From Octopus bimaculoides (taxonomy: Eukaryota): DNA of 64,000 nt. The position numbers and the translations under genes were made by a program. The stretch spans positions 150,715,854-150,779,853 of the forward strand of contig NC_068982.1 in NCBI RefSeq assembly GCF_001194135.2, read 5' to 3'. Shown piece after piece: positions 1-13,205 of this stretch; positions within the stretch are counted from its first letter, which is position 1, and each line of letters begins with the position of its first letter. The notes under the pieces are model-generated. The model did no database searches, was not told the origin of the DNA, and saw only the letters and a program-made list of their open reading frames with translations.

Positions 1-770
1 TTACCCTGAAGAAGGGGTTATCACCAATTTGTGCTCTATTGTGCCCTAAATACGGTGATATACCCCCGAAATGGCCATAGGTGTTCTGTGTTTGTGTTCC
101 ACCTATACTTGTAATCCACTGTAAATGATGTTTATGGTTTCACTTTACTGATGTTACCTGCAGAATGGTGAAATATGGATTTTACTTTGCCACACTTTGG
201 ATGTTCTGTTGTTGTTTTGTCCCGTGCGCTTCGGTATTCCTGTTTATGAAATTGGATTTTACCTACTAAATTTGCTGTCATGAGGGAGGTAGTTGAACTT
301 TCATACTATATATCTTGAACTTTTTTTATTGGCTATTGGCCTCAGCAAATGAACTGTTGTGCTGTCTCCCTATGTATTATTTTTTTCTCTATATTTTTTC
401 TATATATATATTTTTGTTCTACTGTAATTGTACCGGTCTCTAATATTTTTAATCTAATTTTAATCAACTATTTTTAATCAACTTTTAATAGCAGTTTATT
501 TATTTATATTATTCTATTGTATTTTTAATTGATTTTTTTATTCTTATGTATAAAAATTTTGACTTCCCTTTACTAATTTGGTTTTGTGGTCTATGTTGTA
601 CTTCTTTATGTGGTCATTGGTGGGCTACGGCTTTTTGAGTCGATGACCTAACGGTTTTATTCTGCAATTAACTTTGTACCTATGTCTCAACTAGTTTGAG
701 CACTTCTTTTACAGCCTTGTATAAATTCTTGGTTTTCCAATACAAAACTGTTAATATTGAATAATTATAT
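1..770 (-). mobile_element. Possible decayed Penelope-like element (GIY-YIG relic)
   Basis: Frameshifted minus-strand ..YI(G)ETAQQF.. and NSFVLENQEFIQ; ctgaagaagg...ccgaaa-type end at 6-70; heavily degraded. Confidence 0.4.
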
Positions 771-846
771 ATATATATATATATATACACACACAGCAAA
801 ATACTAAATTATGTTAAATAGTATGTAATAGTAGATAGTTACTCAC

Positions 847-967
847 CTTATTTTGCTGAAAAATATCACATTGTTCCAGTAAGTCAGATGCATAATGATT
901 GAAGACTTTAACATAACATCTTTCTATCTTAGGAACCAATGCTGTTCTCTTAGATACACTTGAAAAT
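847..967 (-). CDS. Dynein-like exon 11 (FSSVSKRTALVPKIERCY...IFQQNK)
   Basis: gttgtag acceptor, AAG|GTGAGT donor; aligns with ..DDKYQLILENYGADI..Y.KQK. Confidence 0.85.
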
Positions 968-3900
968 CTACAACATTGAACAGTTTAAAAATATAAATTA
1001 TTATATAATTTTGTACAAACATATACAAAATTCAGTACACACACACACACACACACACATTTGCAACCATCTAGTTTCAGAATTAATCCCATGACTTGGT
1101 AATTGGACAAGTGTATTCCATGGGGAAATGTTACCTTATTCAGAAATAGGTGAAGGCTGGCAACAAGAACGGTATCTAGCTATTCGAAATATACTTCAAC
1201 AAATTTCATCTGAACCATGCAAGCATAGAAAAGTGAGCAATAAAAAGGATGATGTGTATATTTAAATAAAATCGTTTTTAAATTTGTTTTTATGCTGGCT
1301 TGGGTTGGATGTTTTGACAGGATCCAATCGGTTGGAAGACAATGCCTTGCCCTAGTCTCTCAGTTTTGGCATGATTACTTCAGTTGGATGACTTCCTAAC
1401 ATTAACCACTTTACAGAGTGCTCTAGGTACTTTCTGCATGGCAGCAGTAATAGTGAGATCACCTCATAACTCACAGGACTAAAGAGTCTTCACATCTGAG
1501 AGAAAAATTAGGAGATAGAGCAGTTGCTTTGTGTGAAGTGTTGAGAGGTTAAAGTAAGATGGGAAGAGCAGATACACGTAAATTGTTGTGGAGGTAATTC
1601 ATGACTATCACACATTTTACGTTGGTGGGTGTGGCTGGAGTAGTGCCAGAAAGAGTGGTAAATATGGTAGTGATGAGATGCCAAAACATACCCTCAAGAT
1701 AACATGTCCAAGAAGGTGAGTAGAAGAGAGCATGGAGACAAAAGAATCAGGAAGGGTGGATAAGGTTGCAAAAGCATGAGAGTGAGGGGAGATTGAGGGA
1801 TAGATGCAATACAGAAATTGTGATATGGCATGTAGTAACAGGCTCTTTTTTTCATTACTTACATCAGCAGAATAATACAGTATATAGCAGAATGATGGAG
1901 GGAAAAGTGATAGGGAGATAAAAAGTAGGGTTAAAGTTGCAAGAGTGTTGAAGGAAAGTGAGAGATGGATTTACACCAGAGTTGGGTAAATGATGGTAAA
2001 ACAATGGTAAACATAAGTAATGGAGTGATGAAAGTAAGAATGAGGGATGGATGTCAATAAAAAGTGGCACAAGGAGAGGAACTGAGCTGTCTGGGTGAGA
2101 GAAAGGAGGTGGAAGTAGCAGTTATAGACTTGATGGGAAGGCTTTAGGTGTGTCTTTATATGTCTGACACAATACTGCCAGCAATGTATCAAATAGTAAC
2201 TTAGCCATTCGATAAAATATAGATCAATAAAATAAGTAGTAGACTGAAATTAGTAATAGGCTTCTATGATTGACTAGAGAAGAGAGGAGTCTTCAATATT
2301 GGTAAATAACCTCTCTTGTGCTGGTGAACCAATAAAATATACCCTACACTGGTGATTAAAAGTAAACAAACATGTGAATGGAGTGTAAATCTACTAAGTT
2401 CTTGAAATATGGATTAATGATATAATGAAGTCAATAATGTTGTTATAAATAGCATAGAGGTCAATGAACCAAGGTAGCTACTATGAAATGTGTGTTTGAG
2501 TTCAACTATGCATTTATTTGTTTTTGTTGGTATAATTCAATTTCAAAATTACAACTCTGACATAGGTTGCAGTGGCAGCAGCGGAACCACTACCACCACC
2601 ACCCTCCTCCTCCATTTCTACTGCATAGATTTTTCCATAAAGATAACTGTTTACCTGTCAAGTATGTCAAGTGATTGTTCTACTGATAGATCTTTTCTGA
2701 ATACAGCGTCCAAATAACTTCCTATTAGTAATTCACTTTCTGTAATAATTGATTGGAATCCACAATATAAATTGTTGAGCTCACCAGAGTCCTATAAATC
2801 AGAAATATATATGTAAAAAATAAATGAGGAATTTCTAAAAGCTTATTATTTAATAGTTTTCTGGAAAATTTTGTAACTACTTAATAACTTCTTTATTTGT
2901 TGCAAAGGCATCAAAAGAGGAACATTACAAAGACGAAAAACAAAGAGCAGAGGTGTTAGATTGGGGTGAAAAGGCAGACAAAAATATTAATGTCATGAAA
3001 AGGAGTCAGCTTTATTGAGCAAGCTAGAGCACCTTACAAACCTTAAATACTCCCCAATAAAAAGTGGCTTCTCTTTGCTGTTGATCTACAAACAAAACAT
3101 GAGAATTACATTCTCTGTTACACCAATTCACCATTCTCATAGCCTCAATGACAAAAACACTTCCATACTTTTCTTATTACCAATCATTACAGTGAACCTG
3201 TTAGACAATTTAATTTGTCCCAACCAACACAGCAGCTTTTTGATATAAGTCCATAGGTATGTAAAGAGGATAAAAACAATATTTTAGTGAGTACCTACCT
3301 GTTCACTAAATTTTTCATAGAATTTAATGTCAATTCTGACCTTACTTACAAAGACCTTTGACATGACTTGATTGGCTGTCATGAACCATTAACTTACATT
3401 TAAATTTCATATTCCCCACCAGACCACAGACCATAAGATACACTCAAGGATCTTCTAGACCAATTAGCAAGGTAACCGCCTAAGCAGATTATCTGGTTTC
3501 CACTTCCAGACAATGTAAATTTATGGATTTTTATTTATTTGGCAGTGGTACTTCAGCATGAGTAATAATAACTCGGTAACTGGAACAAGTAATAGAGTAA
3601 GCACATACGCATATACAGTGACTGAGAGTATTTCTCTATGAAATTGTAATTTCCACTTACATCTAAATCAGTATGCAATACATCGGCTGTAGTTATCTTT
3701 TGAACAATCTTCGTTAGATTTCTCATTGTGTTACCAAATACATTCAACAAAATAGAACAATTTTCTTCATCAGCAAAATATGTTTCTATAAAAAAAGAAG
3801 TTTGCCATCGTTATCATCATCTGGGTGTGTGTGTGTATAAGGTATAGGTGTGGTGTGTGACTAAGAAGCTTGCTTCCCAATTATATGGCCACAGGTTCAG

Positions 3901-4582
3901 TCCCTCTGCACAGCACTTTAGGCCAGTGCCTTCTATTATAGCCTTATGCCAACCAAAGGCTTTGAGTGGATTTGGTAGACATAAACTGAAAGGAGTCCAT
4001 TGTGTGTACATATATATATCTGTGTGTGTATGTATGTTCCTATGTATCTTTATCTAGACATTACATGATGATTGTAAAATGAGCATCATTGTCATACAAT
4101 AATACGATAAAATATAACCATACATCATAAAATACGTATGATAGAACAAGATTTTACAACACTGAAATTGATATATGTCCATATACTTCAATTTTAGAGA
4201 ACAATGTTCAAATATGACATAATTCAGGAGAATAATGTTGTCTAACATACCCAGAATGATCAATTTACTTTATAATATTTTTGGAAGAAAGAAAAGTTAT
4301 ATAAAACAACTTCGAAATAGTTGAAATTTCAGTCATGCTTACTTAAAATATAGTCATTTGAATTGTATTCCTTTTTGTGATGCAGGAAATTGTTTCTTTT
4401 CGTGATCTCACATATTTCTTTCATTTTTTCCTCATTTTCCTTTTCCTCATGTGTATCTTCTTCCTTAACTGCTGGAAGGCTATGCTCTATGATGTCATGC
4501 ATAGGTTGAAAAACTGCAGATCTGTCTTCATTCATCACTGTAAAGCAATGTTTAAAATATTTTAATGCTCTCTCTCTTTCCC

Positions 4583-4638
<56 letters not shown>

Positions 4639-7600
4639 AAATCGTGTGTGTATGTATTAGCAATTTTACTTCAAATAGCATTACTTAACATTTCACAGAC
4701 ATTTTTTTCATGTATGCAACGTCAAGTAATGCCATACAGTCACACTGTTAATATATATACATATATATAAATAAACTCCAAGACATGTGTTGTGTGCTCT
4801 TTTATTTCTCTACTTATTGGTGAGGGCAGCAAATTGGCAAGTTAAGAATAGGACAAAATACTGTCTGCATTATAATTCAAATCCTTTTGTCTTTAATTCT
4901 TCAGTGAGTGATAAAATAAAGTACCAGCCCAAGGAGATGAATTGGTATCATTGTTAAAGCATCAGATAGGATGTTGTGGAAAGCATTTGGGCCAAGCCTC
5001 TGGGTCAAGAATAACTCTCATCATCATCATCATCATCATCGTTTAACGTCCGCTTTCCATGCTAGCATGGGTTGGACGATTTGACTGAGGACTGGTGAAA
5101 CCGGATGGCAACACCAGGCTCCAGTCTGATTTGGCAGAGTTTCTACAGCTGGATGCCCTTCCTAACGCCAACCACTCAGAGAGTGTAGTGGGTGCTTTTA
5201 CGTGTCACCCGCACGNNNNNNNNNNNNNNNNNNNNNNNNNNNNNNNNNNNNNNNNNNNNNNNNNNNNNNNNNNNNNNNNNNNNNNNNNNNNNNNNNNNNN
5301 NNNNNNNNNNNNNNNNNNNNNNNNNNNNNNNNNNNNNNNNNNNNNNNNNNNNNNNNNNNNNNNNNNNNNNACGCACAGCCCATTTCCAAAGGTCTCGGTC
5401 CGTAGTCATCGCCTCGGTGAGGCCCAATGTACGAAGGTCTTGCCTCACCACCTCAGCCCAGGTCTTCCTGGGCCTACCTCTTCCACGGGTTCCCTCAACT
5501 GTTAGGGTGTGGCACTTTTTCACGCAGCTATCCTCCTCCATTCTCACCACATGTCCATACCAGCGCAATCGTCTCTCTTGCACGCCACAACTGATGCTTC
5601 TAATGTTCAGCTTTTCTCTCAAGATACTTACACTCTGACGGGTATTCAGCTTCAAAAACCCTAGAAAAATAAAGGTCATACACATTGCCCATCCCTTCTT
5701 TATTAAGTGATGAATTAAACAATAAAAATTTTTTGCTAATTTCCATACCTTACTGCTTTGATTCAGAAGGAGTTGTCATATACTTAATTAGTGTTGTGAA
5801 GGATAACTACATGCAAAACGTAGGATGACCATAACTAGATAGCCTTTGACATATCTGTCTGATGAGGATTGATCTGGAGTTAAAATGCAGCAACATATTT
5901 GACTCCAAGACAATGTGAAGCAGTCATGTGACCTACTTGAAAAAGTAACCCAATCTTCAAGAACACTGTTGCCTCAAAAGAAGGAAGTATCAAATAATGA
6001 AGGTTGAGAATGCATTGCTTATTGCTCTTCTACCACCAAAAAAGAAAAAGAAAAAAGAAAAAGAAGACAGTCATGATTTGTACATATCTGATCATAAGAC
6101 TTCTGAGTCAGGTCTGATCAGTGGCTAAATAACAACATAAACAACTATCAGTAAATATGAGTCAATAAAACTACCCAAACCTTTCTATCATAGTTAAAAA
6201 TAGTTGCAACCATTTCAACAAGGAAATAACATTCCTACTTACTTTCAATGTTTGCTTTCTTTTCAGTTTCTAAATCTTCACTTTTAAAAAGAGGAAGACT
6301 AACAGATAACTTTGTTAAACTGCAAAGAAAACAGGAAAAAAAAACTGTAGCAATAATAAATGGAAAGCCTTCAATAATAAACATTCTACATTTTAATAAG
6401 TTACAGAATTCCAAGTGAAAAATTACTTACAGAGAAAATTGTGAAAATGTTTCAATAATATAAATAACTTTCTTCATTTGATGAATTAATGGATCTAGGT
6501 TTGAAAATATGGCTTCTTCATCATAAAAGGAAATTCCTTTCATTGTTCGGTAGAAATCATTGATGTTTGTTGTTGATGCTCTTTGTAGTTTGAGATTTGG
6601 ATATGGCTGCAGAGAACTGTATGCATAATATCAAATCATATACCTAAATAAGTATGTAAGTATAATATACATGTATATATTTCTATAGATGCACAAACAC
6701 AGACTAATAATCATGACAGCTTTTTACATTTTTAAGATTATGCCACTGCAATCCTAAAGCAAAAGTTAGTTTTAAAATACCCTGTACAAACCCCATGTAT
6801 AAGTCACACCTCCATTTTACATATGTTCTTGGTTTAGTACTTGACCCATATGAAAGTTGCACAGTGTTTATCAATACTGCTAAATCCTTCAGCATTTAAA
6901 CTGGCCATATCTGGCCCAAATATTCAATTTGTTTTATATTCAAATTGTCCAGATCTAGACTCTCATGCCAGCCCTACAATGTCATTCTAAAAATTGATAG
7001 TTACCACATCAAAATCTTAAGCTACAAGATAATGCATGATCAATTCAAAACAAAGTGAATAAATAAGTATTACTTTCAACAGAATGTGAATACTAACGGG
7101 TTAAATATGCTTGGATGAAATTGCCATCAGAATATTCGATATTAAATATATTCACTCCCACTTAATATAACTAATAAAGCTACATGGAAACAAATCATTT
7201 GGTAGTGCTTAAATTAGATCCATGTCAATGAAGTTAATTCTCTATATTTAATAATTCTCTTTATTTAATCATGTACAACAATGCAATGTATTCAATTTCA
7301 TCACATGCAGTAATAATAACAACAAAAGAACACACTCTGACTTCACTGGCATATACACATCATTTCCTCCATAGTTTAATTATATCAAACAAATTTTCTG
7401 ACATGGAAAGCATATTTAAAAACTTAGCAAGGGAAGCAAATTACATAGCAATAATACAGAGATGATGCATTGTGGTGGTTTGCTTAAGTTCCATATGGAG
7501 CAGTAATAATTCATGGTTACAATAACTAATTTCAAGTCTTATTCATAAGGGATTCAGAACTTATCATGGCCAGCCAAATAAGTGAATATTTCCTGTTTTA

Positions 7601-10600
7601 TAAGTTCTCTATTTTCTATTTTGATCTATAAATACAAAGCTTGTTTTCCATGTTGGCATGGGTTAGATGTTTTGACTGAAGCTGGTAAACCAGAGAGCTG
7701 TATCAGGCTCTGTTTTGGCTTGGTTTCCATGGGTGTTTTTTGTCACCAGCACAGGTGCATTTTATGTGTCACTGGCACAGGTGCTTTTCACATGTCACCT
7801 GCACTGGCCCTGACCACAATTCACTTAGCTTGACATGTCTTCCAAGCACAGCAAGTAGCCAGAAGTCTCTCTTGTCATTACCTCCATGAGGCTCAACAAC
7901 TGAAGATCATATTTCACCACCTCATCTCACATCTTCCTGGGTCTGTCCCTTCCATGGTTAAATATCAACACTTCTTTACACAATTTCCTCATCCATACAC
8001 AGCACAGCACCATACCAGTGCAGTCTTCTCTCTTGCACACCACATCTGATGCCTCTAATACCCAATTTTTCTCTGTCGTACAAGCTGGCTTTATTTCTTT
8101 CAAATCTTCACATATCCTCTGCAGTCATAGTCCTTGTTTCACTGCCATATATACACAGGATCATACAATCTACCTTTCACTCTGACAGAGAGTCCCTTTG
8201 TTGCCAACAAAAGCTCTCTAAATTTTGTCCAGCCCATTCTTATACAAGTAGCTACACTCTCAGAGCATCCTCTTCCACTGCTGACTTGGCCACCTAGGTA
8301 ACAGAAGCTATCTACTTCTACTAAGTATTCCCCTGGGCATTTGAGGAAATCTATTTTCTGTACATTCTTAGCATTTATTGTACCTGCACATCTTTCACAC
8401 AAAGACTACTTTCCTTGTTAACCTTCCTCTGATATTGCTGTGTTCATAGCTTGCACCAGATACACTTTATGGAGTTTCTATCTATACCTTTTCTACATAT
8501 CAAACAGGGCCATTCCATTGAAATGATTTGTGATTTGTCTGTTTTCCTACTTGCTAGAGCTTTGAGCTTTGCTAAATTTACTCTAAGGTCCTCTGATTCC
8601 AGATCTTGCTTTCATTCCAGATCTTGCTTTCCCGGTCTTCATACTCTTAATTGCTTTATCTACCATGGTACTGTCAACTCAGATAGCTGGTCCCTCTGTT
8701 GGGTCGACATTTGGTAGACTCTCTTTCTCCCATCCATTCTCTTTATTGAGCAATCTTTCGTAGTGACATCTTCAAACCTCTTTCTTTGCAGCCTCGTTTA
8801 GTGCAAGTGTACTGTCATCCGTGTGAAAAGGAGGGTAGTAACCTTGACCACTTTGAGGACCATCAAAACTAGTGAAAGGAAATTGTAAGCTATCCTCAGA
8901 CCAGTTACCTCTCCTAAATGCTTGCAATAGAATGGAATCTGCTAAAGGTGCCCAAGGGTCATGAAGAGGTGCCAAGCCATGCAGCTGAGTAAATCCGATA
9001 CTTAAGAACAGAAACAGTTCCTCAAGGGAGGTTCTATGAAGTTTCCTGTTATGGAATTTCAATGACAAGGCTTTTGTTGACCTAAGGCTATGCTAGAAGA
9101 CACCATGAAAAAGAATGTTATTCTGAGATATTCTGTAAATATTGAAAGTTTTGGAAATATAGTTACATATGAGAAGCACTTCTTGCAGCCAAAGAAGTTC
9201 CTTGGTGAACAAAAATACTTGATTGCAACATGATTGAATCTCTGAAGGAGTTGGTCATTTGAATACAAGTATTTAACTGTTTATAAAGAGACTCTGTCAC
9301 TGTTTTGTTAACTTGCACCTGCAACAAAAATGAATATATATTATATGTAAGTATAAGTAATGTTTATTGCCACATCAATATGGCTGTTTGATGTTACTAC
9401 CATTTTTAACCCCAGGAAGAGCCTCCTCCAACTGGAAGAGGCTCTTCCTGAGGTTAAAAATGGTAGTGATATTGAACAGCCAAATTGATGTGGTGATAAA
9501 CATTACTTCTCAGTATAGTTACTACTTTCATCTCTTATAGAGATTTTCTAACTAGCTACCTTCCTTGTACATAAGTAGAATTATAAGCAAATAAATATAG
9601 TTTATATCTATTTTAACTGATTGAATCCTTTGACACCTTTTTTCTTTAGTGTTTTCATATGCTGTCAAGAAAAACAAAATGTACATTTTTCTTTTATTCG
9701 CTAAAGTCTGACAGCAGTTATGAGAAAACTTGTGGAGAAATTAACTGATGTTATTTGAAGAAATGTGACACGCGAAAATTCAAAGACCCACTTTTAGGTT
9801 ATGAAATAGTGATACTCATCGTTATTGTTCTATGTCCCCTTTTCCACGATGGCATAGGTTTGCTGAGTTTTCTGAAGCAATATTTTACAGTAGAATGTTC
9901 TTCCTGTTGCTATGTCTTTTAGTTGCTTCTTATGATATGCAAAGATGCAATGCACTTATTCTAAAACTAGGATATACATGGTATTAACAATACTATTTTC
10001 TAACATAGACACAAGGTTATGAATTTTAGAGTTGATTATCTTGTCTCCAGGACTTAACTGATACTTATTATATTAAAACCCTGGAAGGAAGACACATCAA
10101 GGCAATTACATGTGAATTGAATTTGGAATTATTAATTATGTCAATACAGCATCCTTTTTTTTTACAGTTGATCAAAAACCAAGGAAAAGTGTTATATCTC
10201 AGACAAATGTGAGTTCCATAACCCAGCAAAGATGTAAGTTTAGGCTTCTTGAGCCTAAAAATGCTTTCATGGGAAGCTGCTTAATTAACTCTTGTTTTAT
10301 TGAGTTTATGATGATACAGGATGGTGCCTGATGATACAGGAGCCATTAACATCCTAATATATTGTGCAGCAGCTAAGTATCATCCATCACTCATAATATA
10401 ATAGGTAATTACCAGTTACCAAACACCATAATGCAATGATTAATACCATCCAATTAACAACATAAACAAAGTAGTTAAAAGCCAGTCATTAACACTATAA
10501 CAGATTATCATTCCTTAATGTCACGATGGCTTCAGATTTAGGCAGAAGGCCAATTTCAAGGGAGTGGGTAAGTCAATTACATCAACTTCAATGTTCAACT

Positions 10601-13173
10601 GATATTTATTTTATGGAACTTGAAAAAATAAAAGATAAAGTCAACCTCAGTAGAATTTGAACCCAGAACATGAAGAGCCAGAAGAAATGTCACTATGCAT
10701 TTTGTTTGACTCACTAATAATTCTACCAGTTTGTCACCTTACTCCTTAACATCACAATATAGTAGCTTAGTATCAATCATTAACATCATAATAAAATAGC
10801 TATGTATCATCCATTAATAGTATAATAGTATAAAGTAGCTAAGTACCATCCATGGACACTATAATAGGTTAAAGACATGAATATAGGAAGATGTTAAGAT
10901 ATCAGGACATCAAAAGAAAAAGAATCCTGAAGTGTCTGAATGATAAAAACTGATATTCTTTTAAACAAACCACAAAGTCAATTTTGATAAGAGAATAAGT
11001 ACAGTAATGGAATATTACTAGGGAAAGTACTGAGAGATGGAGAGTCAAGTTAATCCTTGACAGATTTGTATTTAGAATGTAAAGAGATGATTGCTTAAAA
11101 CAGTTGACACCACTTAGGTCTTCTTCATACTGTGGTGAAAGAAATTCTATTTTTATTGGTTTCAAATGTAATTAGGAAATAATAATAGTAGAAATGTAGT
11201 GCAAGTGAATCCAAAACCCTAGTATTAGATCATGAAATATTGCTAATAATATTGACTTATCATTCTGGTACAAGGTCATTAATTTGTAAGAGAGAAATAT
11301 AATCAATCAAATCAATCTTAATACACAACTGACACTTATTTTTATTGCTCATAGAAGAATTTAACATTAGAGGAATTTGTACTCAGATTATAAGCAATGT
11401 AATATAATACTGCAAAACATTTAGTTTGACAGTATTGTTTCTACCACTACACTGTTCTTGGAAGTGAAAATAATTTCTAACATAGGCACAAAGCCAAAAA
11501 TTTAGTAGGAAAGAAACAATCAATTATATCAACTCCATAACTTGACCAGTATATTATTTATTGACAGTGCAAAGGAATGAAAGGAAAAATTGGTCATAAC
11601 AGGATTTGAGTTTTTCTCTCTTTCCATCAGGAGTAGCCATGTATCTACACTATAGCAAGACATCTAGCATAACTCCACTTCCCTTAATACTGCATTTCCA
11701 CTCAGTTGAGGGGTTATGTCTTCCAAGTTACTAGGTGGTCTCACTAGTGTCAGTGCATTGAAAAAACACTCAGTGTACTCTGTAAAGTGGTTGGCATTAG
11801 GAAGAGCATCCAGCAGTAAAAACCATGACAAAACAGACATAGGAACTCTTCTGCCTTGTCACATCCAATTGAAACATCCAGTCTATGCCAGCATGGAAGA
11901 TGGACATTAAATGAGGATAATGAATGTAAAAAGCTGAAAAAAATATAGTGAGGCATTTTGTCCAGTACTAATAATTCTGCCACTCCACTGATTTAACAAT
12001 GATAATAATTATTTCTGACATAGGTGTAAGGTCAGAAATTTGTTGGGTAATGAACAAAAATTGATCCCAGTATTTGACTAGTACTTTATCAACCCCCAAC
12101 CAGAAAGATGAAAAAAATCAACCCAAGTAGTATTTGAACTAAGAATGTGGAGACATAAATACCACAAAAGATTTTGTCTACCACTGTACCATTTCTGCTA
12201 GACAATAGAGACATGAATCTAAACACTGGAGGTTACTTTAGTCCATCCTTCTAGCCTTTCTCCCAACTTACCATGTCATTCTGTAAACATGTCACAATCA
12301 AGTTTAAGATTTAATTTGATCAAACCTTAAAATAAACCAAATCTCTCACATTCTTTGAGAAGCAGATATCAAATGGGAAAAAATATGAAGATTATGATTA
12401 CAACCTTATCTTTGCTACCAATGTTTTTCTTTTGCAGCTGTAAAGAACAACTTTGTAAGATTTGTTTCCCAAATATATCTTCTCCATCAGGGCTTGTTGT
12501 ACACAGCTTGATAAACTTCTTTATTATAATAGCTAGTTGGTTGGCAATCTAAGATAAAAAACAAACAAACAAAAAGAAAACAAGGAATATATTGTTTATG
12601 CTGAATTGAATTAACTTTTTATTCAATACATACATGCTGGATTGACAAATGCTCAGAAATTAGTGATTCACTATTGATTGCATCTTCATCCTTATTAACT
12701 GCGTTTACCTCTATCCCTATCTCTAATCATCTGTCACTTTTCTTTCGCAAGCTTCTGGCCACTGTTATTGCCTTGTCTTTATTCTTTCTTTTTTATCCCC
12801 ATCTTTTTGTACATTGAGGGTATGCTCTGACATTTCATCTTCATCCTTTCTCTCTTTCCAGCTGGGGTAGCCATATATTTACTCAACAATAAGACACCTG
12901 TGCCAAACCCGCTATCATACAACTGGCATAAAGCCTCCTGCTTCAGTCAAGAGGTCTTGTCTTGCAAGTTACTTGGTAACTTCATTAGTATTGGTGCTAT
13001 GAAAAAAAGCATCCAGTATGTTCTGTAAAGTGGTTGGCATTAGGAAGGGTATCCTGCCATAAAAATCATACCAAGGCAGACACTGGAGCACAACTGGCTC
13101 ATTGGATCTTGTCAAGCTGACCAACCCACACCAGCATGGAACATAGGTATAAAATGATGAAGATAATATATGT

Positions 13174-13205
<32 letters not shown>

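Noticed and set aside
8772-9088. 98 aa minus ORF as an extra dynein exon
   Set aside because: Its 3' part (LALNEAAKKEV) is RTE ORF sequence, and the exon chain closes without it
10902-11165. Minus ORF with an acceptor-like site near 11131
   Set aside because: No dynein similarity and no convincing donor; region is flanked by decayed SINEs
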